A program made the translations under genes and the position numbers. Shown in pieces: positions 38,311-46,488 of a DNA stretch of 55,071 nt; positions within the stretch are counted from its first letter, which is position 1; each line of letters begins with the position of its first letter. This DNA comes from Trichosphaerium sp. ATCC 40318 (taxonomy: Eukaryota > Protista > Tubulinea): NCBI GenBank assembly GCA_038496445.1, contig JALMLS010000467.1, forward strand, positions 1 through 55,071, read 5' to 3'. Under the pieces are notes generated by a model. It was not told the DNA's origin and made no database searches. It saw only the letters and a list, made by a program, of their open reading frames with translations.

Positions 38311-41300
38311 TTATTTACCTCTATCAATTGGAAAAATTTCAGTAATTGGTATATTACCGTATCTGATATTCCAGCGTATGTAATCTGTGCTTACGTATTG
38401 TTTAAGGTGTTTCTTTATTTTTATTGTTCTATTGCACCTTACGCGGTATTTTTCGTATAGTAATCTCGTATATAATGTGTTGAGTTTATTCGCTAATTTT
38501 GTGGCAGATGCAGGTTCGATTTCGAAGTTTGTTTCTAGTTCTTTTACAAATTTTTTAGTTACGTATCCTTGTGCTCCACGGTATAGGTTCGGGTCGTTAG
38601 CTTCTTCTTCAGTAGTGAATATCCATTTCACTTTGAATGGTTTTGGGTTATTAATTTCTTTTTTTCCTATTATCGCTAGTTCTAATCTTTCGTTTGACGG
38701 TTCCTCCTTTCGGAACCATTTACATTTACAGAAGGAGTTCTTTGGGTTCACAATATTGTTGTATTTCTTTTTATTGCTTACTTTATCCTCTACGTTGTTT
38801 TTTAGGTGTTCTTGCGTTATTCGGTTTGCGTGATGTTGCAGTCTTTCAAAGAAGTATGTTGAGTGACATAAGACAAAGTGCGTAAAGTTTTCTTCTTTTT
38901 CTAATTTCTTACGGGATTGGCATATAGAACAAAAAGGATTAGGGTACATTTTCATGTATCTCGCTTGAGTGATTGGGAATTTTATATGTTTACCTTTTTT
39001 ATGCATGAAATTATTTAATGGAAGGCCGTTGCTTCTTACTTTTAACAGCCATGACGATATCGTTCTGTCAATATGTAGTTTATTTTCTGTAACGCTGGCT
39101 TTGAAATTGATATTTTTTCTCGTTCTACAGTGTTTGTTAGAGTTCTCTTCGAGTTTGTCGAAAAAATATTCTGTAAAGCTATTTGTTACATGTTCTCTCA
39201 ATCCTGATTCAAGTATGGATCCATTGAACGTTATATTCCAGTTTGGTAGACCTTTTGGGATTCCTATAACTTTATTGTTACTTCTTTCTTTATCCGCTAG
39301 TTTGTCTGCTTTAAAATTCATTAGTAAGAGTTTTTGCGTGATGATGGTACCGTGTTTACTTTCCAGTTGTTTGATTCGTTTAACGATATTAGGTTTATTA
39401 GCTTTTATTTTATCTTCTAGGGTGTGACTAGGCACCCATAAGAATCTAATTGGTTCCGATCTTTTATTAATTTCTCTGTGGATTCTGTTAATGGTATGGT
39501 AATGCGGTTTGTTTATCTTTTTCTTTTTTGGCCAGTTATTCCAGTTGATGATAGATTCTATTGCTGATGTACAGTCTGAGGCAATCATTATTTTGGTGTC
39601 TAATGGAGATATTTTTAGTACTACTTCTATTGCTTCTAATTCCGCGTTAATTGACGTTTTGTTAAATAAAACTGGGAGGCTAATGTTGATATTATTTGGG
39701 GCATATATGCCTATACCTGCTTCGCCTTTATTTGATAGAGAGCCATCTGTAGCTATTGTGATATATTCATTGATGATGAGAGCGTTATTGTTGAATTCGG
39801 TTTTATCTCTTCTTGTCATTTTTCTTTCTATCTTTGATAATTCGTAATTGTGTTGTAATCTTAGGCCTGTTTTTTTTAGTAATTCTGAGGCAATCGTTAC
39901 CGAGTCTGAGTTTATATCAATATCTAATTCTTCATTTGTATTACATGAGGTACAGTACGTGGGTGAAGAGAAACATCTTCTTTCCGTGATTTTCCGTAGT
40001 GCTATATTGTCTGAATTTAGGCATTTTGAGATTAGGTTATTAACGTAACCCACTGTCTGATTTACGAAGAGGGATTTTAGGTTAGCGCCTGTAAGGGGTA
40101 TTAGGAATCTTGCATTGAGAAGGTTATGACGTAGTTTGGCTGAGCCTTTAATTATACCTATTGCGTTGTTGTCCATTTCGTTAAGTGCTTCATTTCCCAA
40201 AAAGATCGAGGTGCTTACAAAATCTACAGCTGGATTAATTACTGTATTGATTAGTTTAACTTTGTTGTGTACCGATAGTTTATTAGACCAAAGCGTCTTA
40301 AGTCTTTTTCTGTGAGTAGCAACTGTTTTATTTATCTGTTTTGTAAAGTCAAGGTTTGCATTCGTTAAAATACCTAGGTCTTTGTAATTTGTTTTTTCGT
40401 CTATGACCGGTATGATTTTGTCTTTCCAGATTAATGATGGTATGTTTTTCAAGTTTACGTACTTGTTGTATGTTAGGGCTGATTTGGAGCAGTTTATTTC
40501 CATTCCGAAAAAAGAGCACCATTTTTTTAGTATTTTGAACATTTTTTCCATGTCTTGTTTAGATTTGGCCATAATTTTCAGGTCATCCGCATATGCTAGC
40601 ACTGCAATTATGATATCTGACCACATATACCCCAGGTTAGATTGTTCTAATTCTTTAAGTAAGACGTTAATGAAAAGGGAGAAAAGGATAGGGCTTATTA
40701 CGTCACCTTGTCTAACGCCTTTGTTTATGGGAAATTTCTTTGATCCTACTGGGATATTTAACTCTGTACTCACATCTTTCAGTAGGGACATAATTATGTC
40801 GCACCATTCTTTGGATAGTCCTTGTATTTTCAGTGCTGCCAGAAGGGCCCAGAATTGTACCGAATCGTAAGCCTTCTTGAAATCTATGTAAAGGATAAAT
40901 AAAGGTTTTTTTTTTAAATTTGCGTCTTCTAGTATTTGGTGATACATTTTGTGAGCCATGTGGATCGATCTATTGTTATAGAACCCAAATTGGAAATCTG
41001 ATATTACCTTGTTCCTCCTTAGGATACTTGTTAGTCTCTTCGTTATAAGTGTGCTGTAGATTTTGTACATCGAGTTTAAGAGGCATATTGGGCGGTATTG
41101 TGAGACGTCATCCTTTTTCTGTTTGTTTTTTTCAAGAAGGATCATCGTTGATTCTTTCCATTGCCCTGGTATTTTCTTTGTTTTGAGGCATATGTTGCAT
41201 AAGTTCTTTATTATTTTTATATTGTCGTATGAAAGTTCTTTATATATTTCGGCTCCTAGGCCAGTCGTACCTGGTGCTTTGAAAGACTTCATCTGTTTTA

Positions 41301-44300
41301 TAATTGTGGTTATTTCTAGCGTATTTATACTACATATTTCCTGATTGTATATCGTGTTGAAACTAGCTTTAAAGTTAGGAGGTCTTGAGAGTGTAGGTAT
41401 TGGACATTTTTTACTTTGGTCTTTGTATGGGTGATCGAAGTTGCTTTCAAATAGTTTAGACCAAAAGCTATAAAACTCATTGAAGATGGATTCGTCATCG
41501 TTCATTATTATTGGAATACCGTCGATTGAGCTTATAACACTTTCTGTGAAAGAGTTAGTTCCTTTTTTGTCGTTGAATTGTTTTAAATATTTGTATTTCT
41601 TGTATACCGTACGGTTCGATAGTTCTGAAAGTTCATCTATTGATCTGTCTACGCAGATTTTCTTCATGTTGTTTGTGAGGGCTTTGATCCAATGATTTAG
41701 TAAATTCGTGTTCTTTTTTAATATGATTTTTTGTACCGAGTTTTTTTCTTCAATTCTTGGGATCCTTAGGAGTTTGTTTTCTTCAGCTTTGTCCATCCAT
41801 TTATTTACTTTGTTTATATTTCTATTGATAGGTCTATTAGGTTCCTCATTAGTTATTTGGTTATTGATCTTTCTACACATATTTTTTAGGCTTTTTAATC
41901 TTTTATGTTCTGAGTGTTCCACGTACGGTTTTCTGTTGTGATTGTTGTTTCTGATTCCTACTTCTCTAGCTGTGTATTTAAATAATTCTTTTGTAAAATT
42001 CGTTACTGCTCTGTCGACATAAATGTCACTTAGGTACTCGTCTTCTCCTGCATTTTTAATTAAATTCATAGTGTAGTCAGAGGGAGAGAAGAGAGGGATT
42101 TTGAGCTTTAGCTTTGGACTTCTCGTGTTTAGTTTCTTCTTTGTTTTTCTTGTCTTGGGTGTGTTCTTTACTTTGCTACATGGGATGAAACGTGTTGTCA
42201 ATATAATTGGTTTATGATCTGATGCGCACTCGTCTAATATTGTAATTAGTGATGATGTTTTTTTGGGATTTGTGGTTAACGCGAAGTCGATTCTTTCATG
42301 GAGTGTACCTTTACCATATTTCTTTATTTTTGTATTTAGTTTGAAGGTAAGACTCTTAGTACAGTTCTTTAAGTGATCTATTGGGTCTGTAAGGCCGTTA
42401 TGTAACTTAAATGTATTGAGAATGTTTTCGTACTTTGTTTTGATTTCTATGAATTTTTCGTTGAACCAAAATTGTTTATCTTTGTCGTATTGGGCCATAT
42501 TCCAGTCCCCTATGAGTATTACGTTATTGATATCCTTATTTTTGTTTGTCATTTTTTTTGTGAACTTACTGATGATTTCGAGTTGTTCGATTTTGTTGTG
42601 GATTTTATAAGCGCATAGATACACATTGTATATTAGCGTTAGTTTGTTGTCTTTGTTTTTGATGGTGATGGCTTGGAAGAAATTATTTGGATGACTAATT
42701 ATTTTTGTAACTTTCATTAGCTCCTTGTGAACGAGGATTGCGAGGCCGCCTTTTGCTCTTGCCGATTTCGTTGTTAGTTTGTTTTTTAGGTCTATTTTTT
42801 CTGCATCAGACCAAGACATGTTATCTATGAGATCAGAGTTAGTCTTCATGTACGTGTTATTTATTTCATTTCTATTTGGGACGTTTGCGAAGAATTTGAA
42901 GTTTATGAAGTGTTTTTTGAGTACTTTGTTGAAGGCGTCGCTCTTTATTTGTTCCGTGGATCTATGTATTTCTTGAAGGCATATGATATCTAGGTTATTA
43001 TTTTCGATTAGTGCTTTCACATTGCTTGATTTAGTTTCTATCCTACCTTTAATGTTCCATGAGGCAATGTTTATCTTGTTTTTGTATGATTTCGTAGTTT
43101 TTTGTTTGCCTCCTCCTCTTAGACGCCTTATAATTGTTATTTTGTTATTGATAAGCGTACTTACGCGTGACGATGTAGTAACGTACTTGAAACAGGAGAG
43201 AAAGAAAAAGTCGTCAATCTTGGCATCAGAGTTAGGTTTCATTATGTTATTTAGGAGCGTACTTATCTTTATATCATAGTGACATGTGTAGAGGGTGGAA
43301 AAGAAGCCGTTGATTTGGATGGTCTTTGGTTTTCTAAATTTGAGGACTTGACAAATATTGTGAACTATACGTGGTATGATTAATCGATTAATACAAATGT
43401 TAGAGGAAAAACCATGTTTATTAGGTATCTTAACATGTACGAAAAGGGGCTTTCGGTTGAACTCTAAAAATAATTTGGGTCTTAATGCTGTCGTAGCGCG
43501 TCGTGCATCGTATCTAGAATCTTTTATCGCCAAAACGAAGAAGTCTTTGTTTCTTGTTAATCTTGAGAGAGAACATTCCTTTGAACTGTCTTTCAACAGT
43601 CTTCTTAGCAGATACACTACCGAAACTGACAATATAATGCGATGTCTTGTTACCTTTTGCTGTGCAATCATAGCAAATACTGCGGGCGTATACCTAATAT
43701 CCTTAGAAGCTATGTAAGTTGTTTTTGTTACCTTAATTTCAGCGAGTGCAATTAAAATATCTTTAGGAGTGCCCATCCATGTCTTACCAAGATACAAGGA
43801 GAGATTCTTGTCAAATTTCATTCTACAAGGAATAAAGCGACCGAACCCATTATCTTCTGCTAGAGCAAGGTGATATCCAGCGTTCTTGAGGACTGTAACT
43901 ACTGAGCTCTTGTTTTGGTTTGGAGCTAAGATAATATCGGCGATAAATGACGTCCTTGATATTCCGTGGTTCGAATACGTTTGAGAGTCTACTATTACCG
44001 CTGGTTTTGGAGCATTGGGTTTCCATTTGGTCAAGATGTCGTTAACATTGAAGGGCTCGGTGTTACTCCATAGCGTCAGTATACGGCAGTTCATGAAATC
44101 TTCCATATAGCGAAGGAAATCAATCAACGTTTTGGTTCTGTCGATATCGAAGAAGGTATGAGCACTGGCAGGAATCAAGTTCTTTCTCAGCGTATCTTTG
44201 AAGAATTTGACTTCTTCTAAGTACGCTTCAGGAACAGTACCAATTTTCAAACCAAAAACGAATGCGCAATGACCATGTGGAAGGGGAACTGATGCGTAAC

Positions 44301-46131
44301 CAACATATCCTATAGCATGATGAGTATTTGTTAACATTAAATAAAACTGTTTTTTTAGATTTTTTGTATTTTCGTAATTACTGCAATTGTTTACATTGTA
44401 TTTTACAGTGCGAGAGGTATTGATATTTTTGAAGGTGTTGAAACGGGCATAGTTTAGTTCGTATTTTTTGAAAACAAGGGAGGATTTAGTTTTTAGTTTA
44501 GAGAAAATGTTCGTTTTAGATTTGTTTAATACTACATTTTCAGAAAAGGAAAGAGAGTGAAGAGATAATGTCTTCTTTTGTTTAAAAGAGGAGAAAATAT
44601 AAAAGCGAATCTTAAAAATAGGGTTTACGTTACCTTTAGTTAGCCAGTTTCTGAATTTAGTAGGTAACTCTATCATCTTATTAACATCGATATCGGGAGA
44701 TATTGGACCGCCTGGGTAGAAAACACCGAAAGCCGCTGAGAAGTGGATGAGCTGTGTCCATTCCACCAAGCGACCATAGCGCGTCGAAAGATCAACCTTA
44801 TCTGGGTCATGTTGTTCGTTTGCAAAGATACCATCCTCGTCCTGAAGAGAGATTAGGATTTTTTGGAGTTTGAGAAAAAGAAAAGAAGGTGATACAATAC
44901 TTACTTCCTCGTCCTTGTTGGATGCATTAACAAAAGAGAGGAGAAGGTTTATATTCTCTTGTTCTTCTCTCTTTGTAATGGAATCCAGGACTTGTTTTTC
45001 GAGGGTTGCTTTGAAGGGACTATCTTGGAGTGATCCTAGTCTTACCATAGCTTCTTCACGGGTCATATTGGCGAAACCATTGAGACGATTGTTGTTGTTA
45101 TTTGCAGACATGTTGTGTATGTGTTGATGAGGCGACAAAAAGGATAAGGACTGAAAATAAATTATTTTATTAATTTTATTATATGTCCGTCGGGAGTTTA
45201 TGGGGGAGTGTGGTTTTCCATCACTTGTGTTATATTTGTTTCTGTTGTATCTTTTTTTGAGATTTGGCTTTGCCGTAAAATGTTTACTTCTACTTCTTTT
45301 ATTCTTGATTTCTGAACATTCGTTGGAGTAATTTGTGTTGTTATTTGGGGTGTTGTTTAGGGACATTATGAGTTCTGGTAAGATTTGAAAAGCTATTATG
45401 CGAAAATATAAAGAGACGAGAGGGAGAATTTTAAAGTTTACTGTACTTACCTTTTTGTAATGTACGTTGTTACGCGTTTTGCAATTGTGTGGGATTTTTG
45501 TATTTTCTGTAAGAAGGAGGAGCAAGATAAATGTAATACTTGGTAACGTTACGGTTGCCAGGATTAAAGGTTTGGGTAGATTTGTTTTTATTACGTTTTT
45601 TACAACATTTTTTACTAATCTTGAGGGGAAAGAGGTATATGTGAGGTTGTGGTAACTAAGCGTTTTGTGTTTTGTGTGTTTTCTGTAGATGAATTCCGTG
45701 TTTATCTTAATTTGTCTATTCTCTTGATGGTAATGAGGTTGATTTATACGTACTGGCACGGTGTCTGTTACTAGTCTTTTGTGGTTTGGGTTGTATCTTT
45801 CGAAAGATTTTGTGTTTGGGTTGCATATGTCTATCGACGATAGGTACAAACCTAACACTAGAATTCTCATTATGATTATTGATATTTTCTTAAGGTTAAT
45901 TCTCGATTTTTGGGGAGAAGCTCGAACTCGCTTCTTCGCTACACCGCGGCACCTTATGGTATAAGCCTTGGCCGGTGTAATTGCACGATATTCCCTCGAT
46001 TTTTTTTTGTTTTTTGTTTTTTGTTTTTGTTTACGGGGAACTTGTTCCCCGACCAGCACGTTAGCCGACGGTTGCAAAACTTTTTGGCCATCGACCAACG
46101 TACCGGTTCCTTTTGACGTTGTCGATGGCAT
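38311..46131 (-). CDS. 2606-aa retrotransposon polyprotein: leader + ORF1-like region + RLRGG + APE endonuclease + RT + RNase H + zinc knuckle
   Basis: APE: ASWNIKG, CLQEIH, GDWN, ERIDFAL, SDHKPI. RT: KAPG, YRPICLL, DFKKAYDSV, GVRQGDVISP, YADD (40582-40593). RNase H: ATDGS, AELEAI, SDC, WVPSH, N..AD.LA. Knuckle: C-x2-C...H-x3-C. Confidence 0.95.
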   Translation of the reverse strand: MPSTTSKGTGTLVDGQKVLQPSANVLVGEQVPRKQKQKTKNKKKSREYRAITPAKAYTIRCRGVAKKRVRASPQKSRINLKKISIIIMRILVLGLYLSSIDICNPNTKSFERYNPNHKRLVTDTVPVRINQPHYHQENRQIKINTEFIYRKHTKHKTLSYHNLTYTSFPSRLVKNVVKNVIKTNLPKPLILATVTLPSITFILLLLLTENTKIPHNCKTRNNVHYKKVSTVNFKILPLVSLYFRIIAFQILPELIMSLNNTPNNNTNYSNECSEIKNKRSRSKHFTAKPNLKKRYNRNKYNTSDGKPHSPINSRRTYNKINKIIYFQSLSFLSPHQHIHNMSANNNNNRLNGFANMTREEAMVRLGSLQDSPFKATLEKQVLDSITKREEQENINLLLSFVNASNKDEEVSIVSPSFLFLKLQKILISLQDEDGIFANEQHDPDKVDLSTRYGRLVEWTQLIHFSAAFGVFYPGGPISPDIDVNKMIELPTKFRNWLTKGNVNPIFKIRFYIFSSFKQKKTLSLHSLSFSENVVLNKSKTNIFSKLKTKSSLVFKKYELNYARFNTFKNINTSRTVKYNVNNCSNYENTKNLKKQFYLMLTNTHHAIGYVGYASVPLPHGHCAFVFGLKIGTVPEAYLEEVKFFKDTLRKNLIPASAHTFFDIDRTKTLIDFLRYMEDFMNCRILTLWSNTEPFNVNDILTKWKPNAPKPAVIVDSQTYSNHGISRTSFIADIILAPNQNKSSVVTVLKNAGYHLALAEDNGFGRFIPCRMKFDKNLSLYLGKTWMGTPKDILIALAEIKVTKTTYIASKDIRYTPAVFAMIAQQKVTRHRIILSVSVVYLLRRLLKDSSKECSLSRLTRNKDFFVLAIKDSRYDARRATTALRPKLFLEFNRKPLFVHVKIPNKHGFSSNICINRLIIPRIVHNICQVLKFRKPKTIQINGFFSTLYTCHYDIKISTLLNNIMKPNSDAKIDDFFFLSCFKYVTTSSRVSTLINNKITIIRRLRGGGKQKTTKSYKNKINIASWNIKGRIETKSSNVKALIENNNLDIICLQEIHRSTEQIKSDAFNKVLKKHFINFKFFANVPNRNEINNTYMKTNSDLIDNMSWSDAEKIDLKNKLTTKSARAKGGLAILVHKELMKVTKIISHPNNFFQAITIKNKDNKLTLIYNVYLCAYKIHNKIEQLEIISKFTKKMTNKNKDINNVILIGDWNMAQYDKDKQFWFNEKFIEIKTKYENILNTFKLHNGLTDPIDHLKNCTKSLTFKLNTKIKKYGKGTLHERIDFALTTNPKKTSSLITILDECASDHKPIILTTRFIPCSKVKNTPKTRKTKKKLNTRSPKLKLKIPLFSPSDYTMNLIKNAGEDEYLSDIYVDRAVTNFTKELFKYTAREVGIRNNNHNRKPYVEHSEHKRLKSLKNMCRKINNQITNEEPNRPINRNINKVNKWMDKAEENKLLRIPRIEEKNSVQKIILKKNTNLLNHWIKALTNNMKKICVDRSIDELSELSNRTVYKKYKYLKQFNDKKGTNSFTESVISSIDGIPIIMNDDESIFNEFYSFWSKLFESNFDHPYKDQSKKCPIPTLSRPPNFKASFNTIYNQEICSINTLEITTIIKQMKSFKAPGTTGLGAEIYKELSYDNIKIIKNLCNICLKTKKIPGQWKESTMILLEKNKQKKDDVSQYRPICLLNSMYKIYSTLITKRLTSILRRNKVISDFQFGFYNNRSIHMAHKMYHQILEDANLKKKPLFILYIDFKKAYDSVQFWALLAALKIQGLSKEWCDIIMSLLKDVSTELNIPVGSKKFPINKGVRQGDVISPILFSLFINVLLKELEQSNLGYMWSDIIIAVLAYADDLKIMAKSKQDMEKMFKILKKWCSFFGMEINCSKSALTYNKYVNLKNIPSLIWKDKIIPVIDEKTNYKDLGILTNANLDFTKQINKTVATHRKRLKTLWSNKLSVHNKVKLINTVINPAVDFVSTSIFLGNEALNEMDNNAIGIIKGSAKLRHNLLNARFLIPLTGANLKSLFVNQTVGYVNNLISKCLNSDNIALRKITERRCFSSPTYCTSCNTNEELDIDINSDSVTIASELLKKTGLRLQHNYELSKIERKMTRRDKTEFNNNALIINEYITIATDGSLSNKGEAGIGIYAPNNINISLPVLFNKTSINAELEAIEVVLKISPLDTKIMIASDCTSAIESIINWNNWPKKKKINKPHYHTINRIHREINKRSEPIRFLWVPSHTLEDKIKANKPNIVKRIKQLESKHGTIITQKLLLMNFKADKLADKERSNNKVIGIPKGLPNWNITFNGSILESGLREHVTNSFTEYFFDKLEENSNKHCRTRKNINFKASVTENKLHIDRTISSWLLKVRSNGLPLNNFMHKKGKHIKFPITQARYMKMYPNPFCSICQSRKKLEKEENFTHFVLCHSTYFFERLQHHANRITQEHLKNNVEDKVSNKKKYNNIVNPKNSFCKCKWFRKEEPSNERLELAIIGKKEINNPKPFKVKWIFTTEEEANDPNLYRGAQGYVTKKFVKELETNFEIEPASATKLANKLNTLYTRLLYEKYRVRCNRTIKIKKHLKQYVSTDYIRWNIRYGNIPITEIFPIDRGK
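43417..43422 (-). terminator. Candidate polyadenylation signal of the nested ORF1 transcript
   Basis: AATAAA ~90 nt after the spliced-ORF1 stop; weak alone because the strand is A-rich. Confidence 0.4.
43514..45111 (-). CDS. Nested spliced ORF1-like gene (~390 aa, RRM-like folds); exons 45111-44905, 44841-44634, 44309-43732, 43693-43514
   Basis: Introns: 44904-44842 (GTAAGT...CTAAT...TTCAG, 63 nt), 44633-44310 (GTAACG...TAG, 324 nt), 43731-43694 (GTAACA...CTAAG...TTAG, 38 nt). Exons total 1173 nt and end in TAG. The last exon completes a beta-alpha-beta-beta-alpha-beta pattern. Confidence 0.75.
45150..45183 (-). promoter_or_regulatory. Candidate internal Pol II core promoter (TATA + initiator)
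   Basis: TATAATAAAA begins at 45183, 31 nt upstream of the A (45152) of TCAGT; ATG in an ACAAC context 41 nt further downstream. Confidence 0.5.
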
Positions 46132-46151
46132 AGATCTTGTTTTATTTAATT

Positions 46152-46202
46152 AGCGTCGTTGCCCAGGGTGAACTGCGTGGAAGTCGCTGGTGTTGTCACC
46201 CC
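46152..46202 (-). ncRNA. Minimal HDV-like self-cleaving ribozyme (no P4), 51 nt
   Basis: GGGGUGA(P1)-CAACACC-AGCG(P2)-ACU(P3)-UCCACGC(L3)-AGU(P3')-UCACCCU(P1', G1.U wobble)-GG(P1.1)-GCAA-CGA(J4/2)-CGCU(P2'); G1 abuts the TSD. Confidence 0.88.
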
Positions 46203-46215
46203 TTTCGGAGTTTTA
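46203..46215 (+). repeat. Target-site duplication, right copy (TTTCGGAGTTTTA)
   Basis: Identical to 38196-38208. Confidence 0.92.
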
Positions 46216-46488
46216 TTAATACCCTGGTGACTTAAGACAAGGAAAATCCTATTCTAGAATTTCTTAGTCGATCATTTGAGCGGGTTAGAGGACATTAAGC
46301 AATAATATTTTTATCTCTTATGCATGTTGTTCGAGCAAGTTCAGAGTTGTCTATCTGTCTCACAAAAACTAACAATAACACCATCACAGGTAATTGTAAG
46401 GTGTCATTGTACCGGTTTTCTTGAACAGTATTTTTAAACCAAACATAAATACAATTTATTATTATTTTCCTAAAACATAGTGTTGTTT

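Larger units (their letters stand above)
38209..46202 (-). mobile_element. Full-length non-LTR retrotransposon (APE-RT-RNase H-CCHC; L1/Proto1-like), 7994 bp
   Basis: 13-bp TSD, intact ORF, 5' HDV-like ribozyme starting at base 1, structured 3' UTR and a short A/C-rich tail instead of poly(A). Clade assignment is inferred from domain order. Confidence 0.95.

Noticed and set aside
43620-43653. Further GTAACA donor-like site at 43653
   Set aside because: Falls inside the predicted last ORF1 exon; no acceptor gives a sensible product.
38387-46153. Numerous plus-strand ORFs antisense to the retroelement
   Set aside because: F/L/I/S-rich shadows of the A-rich sense codons; no motifs.
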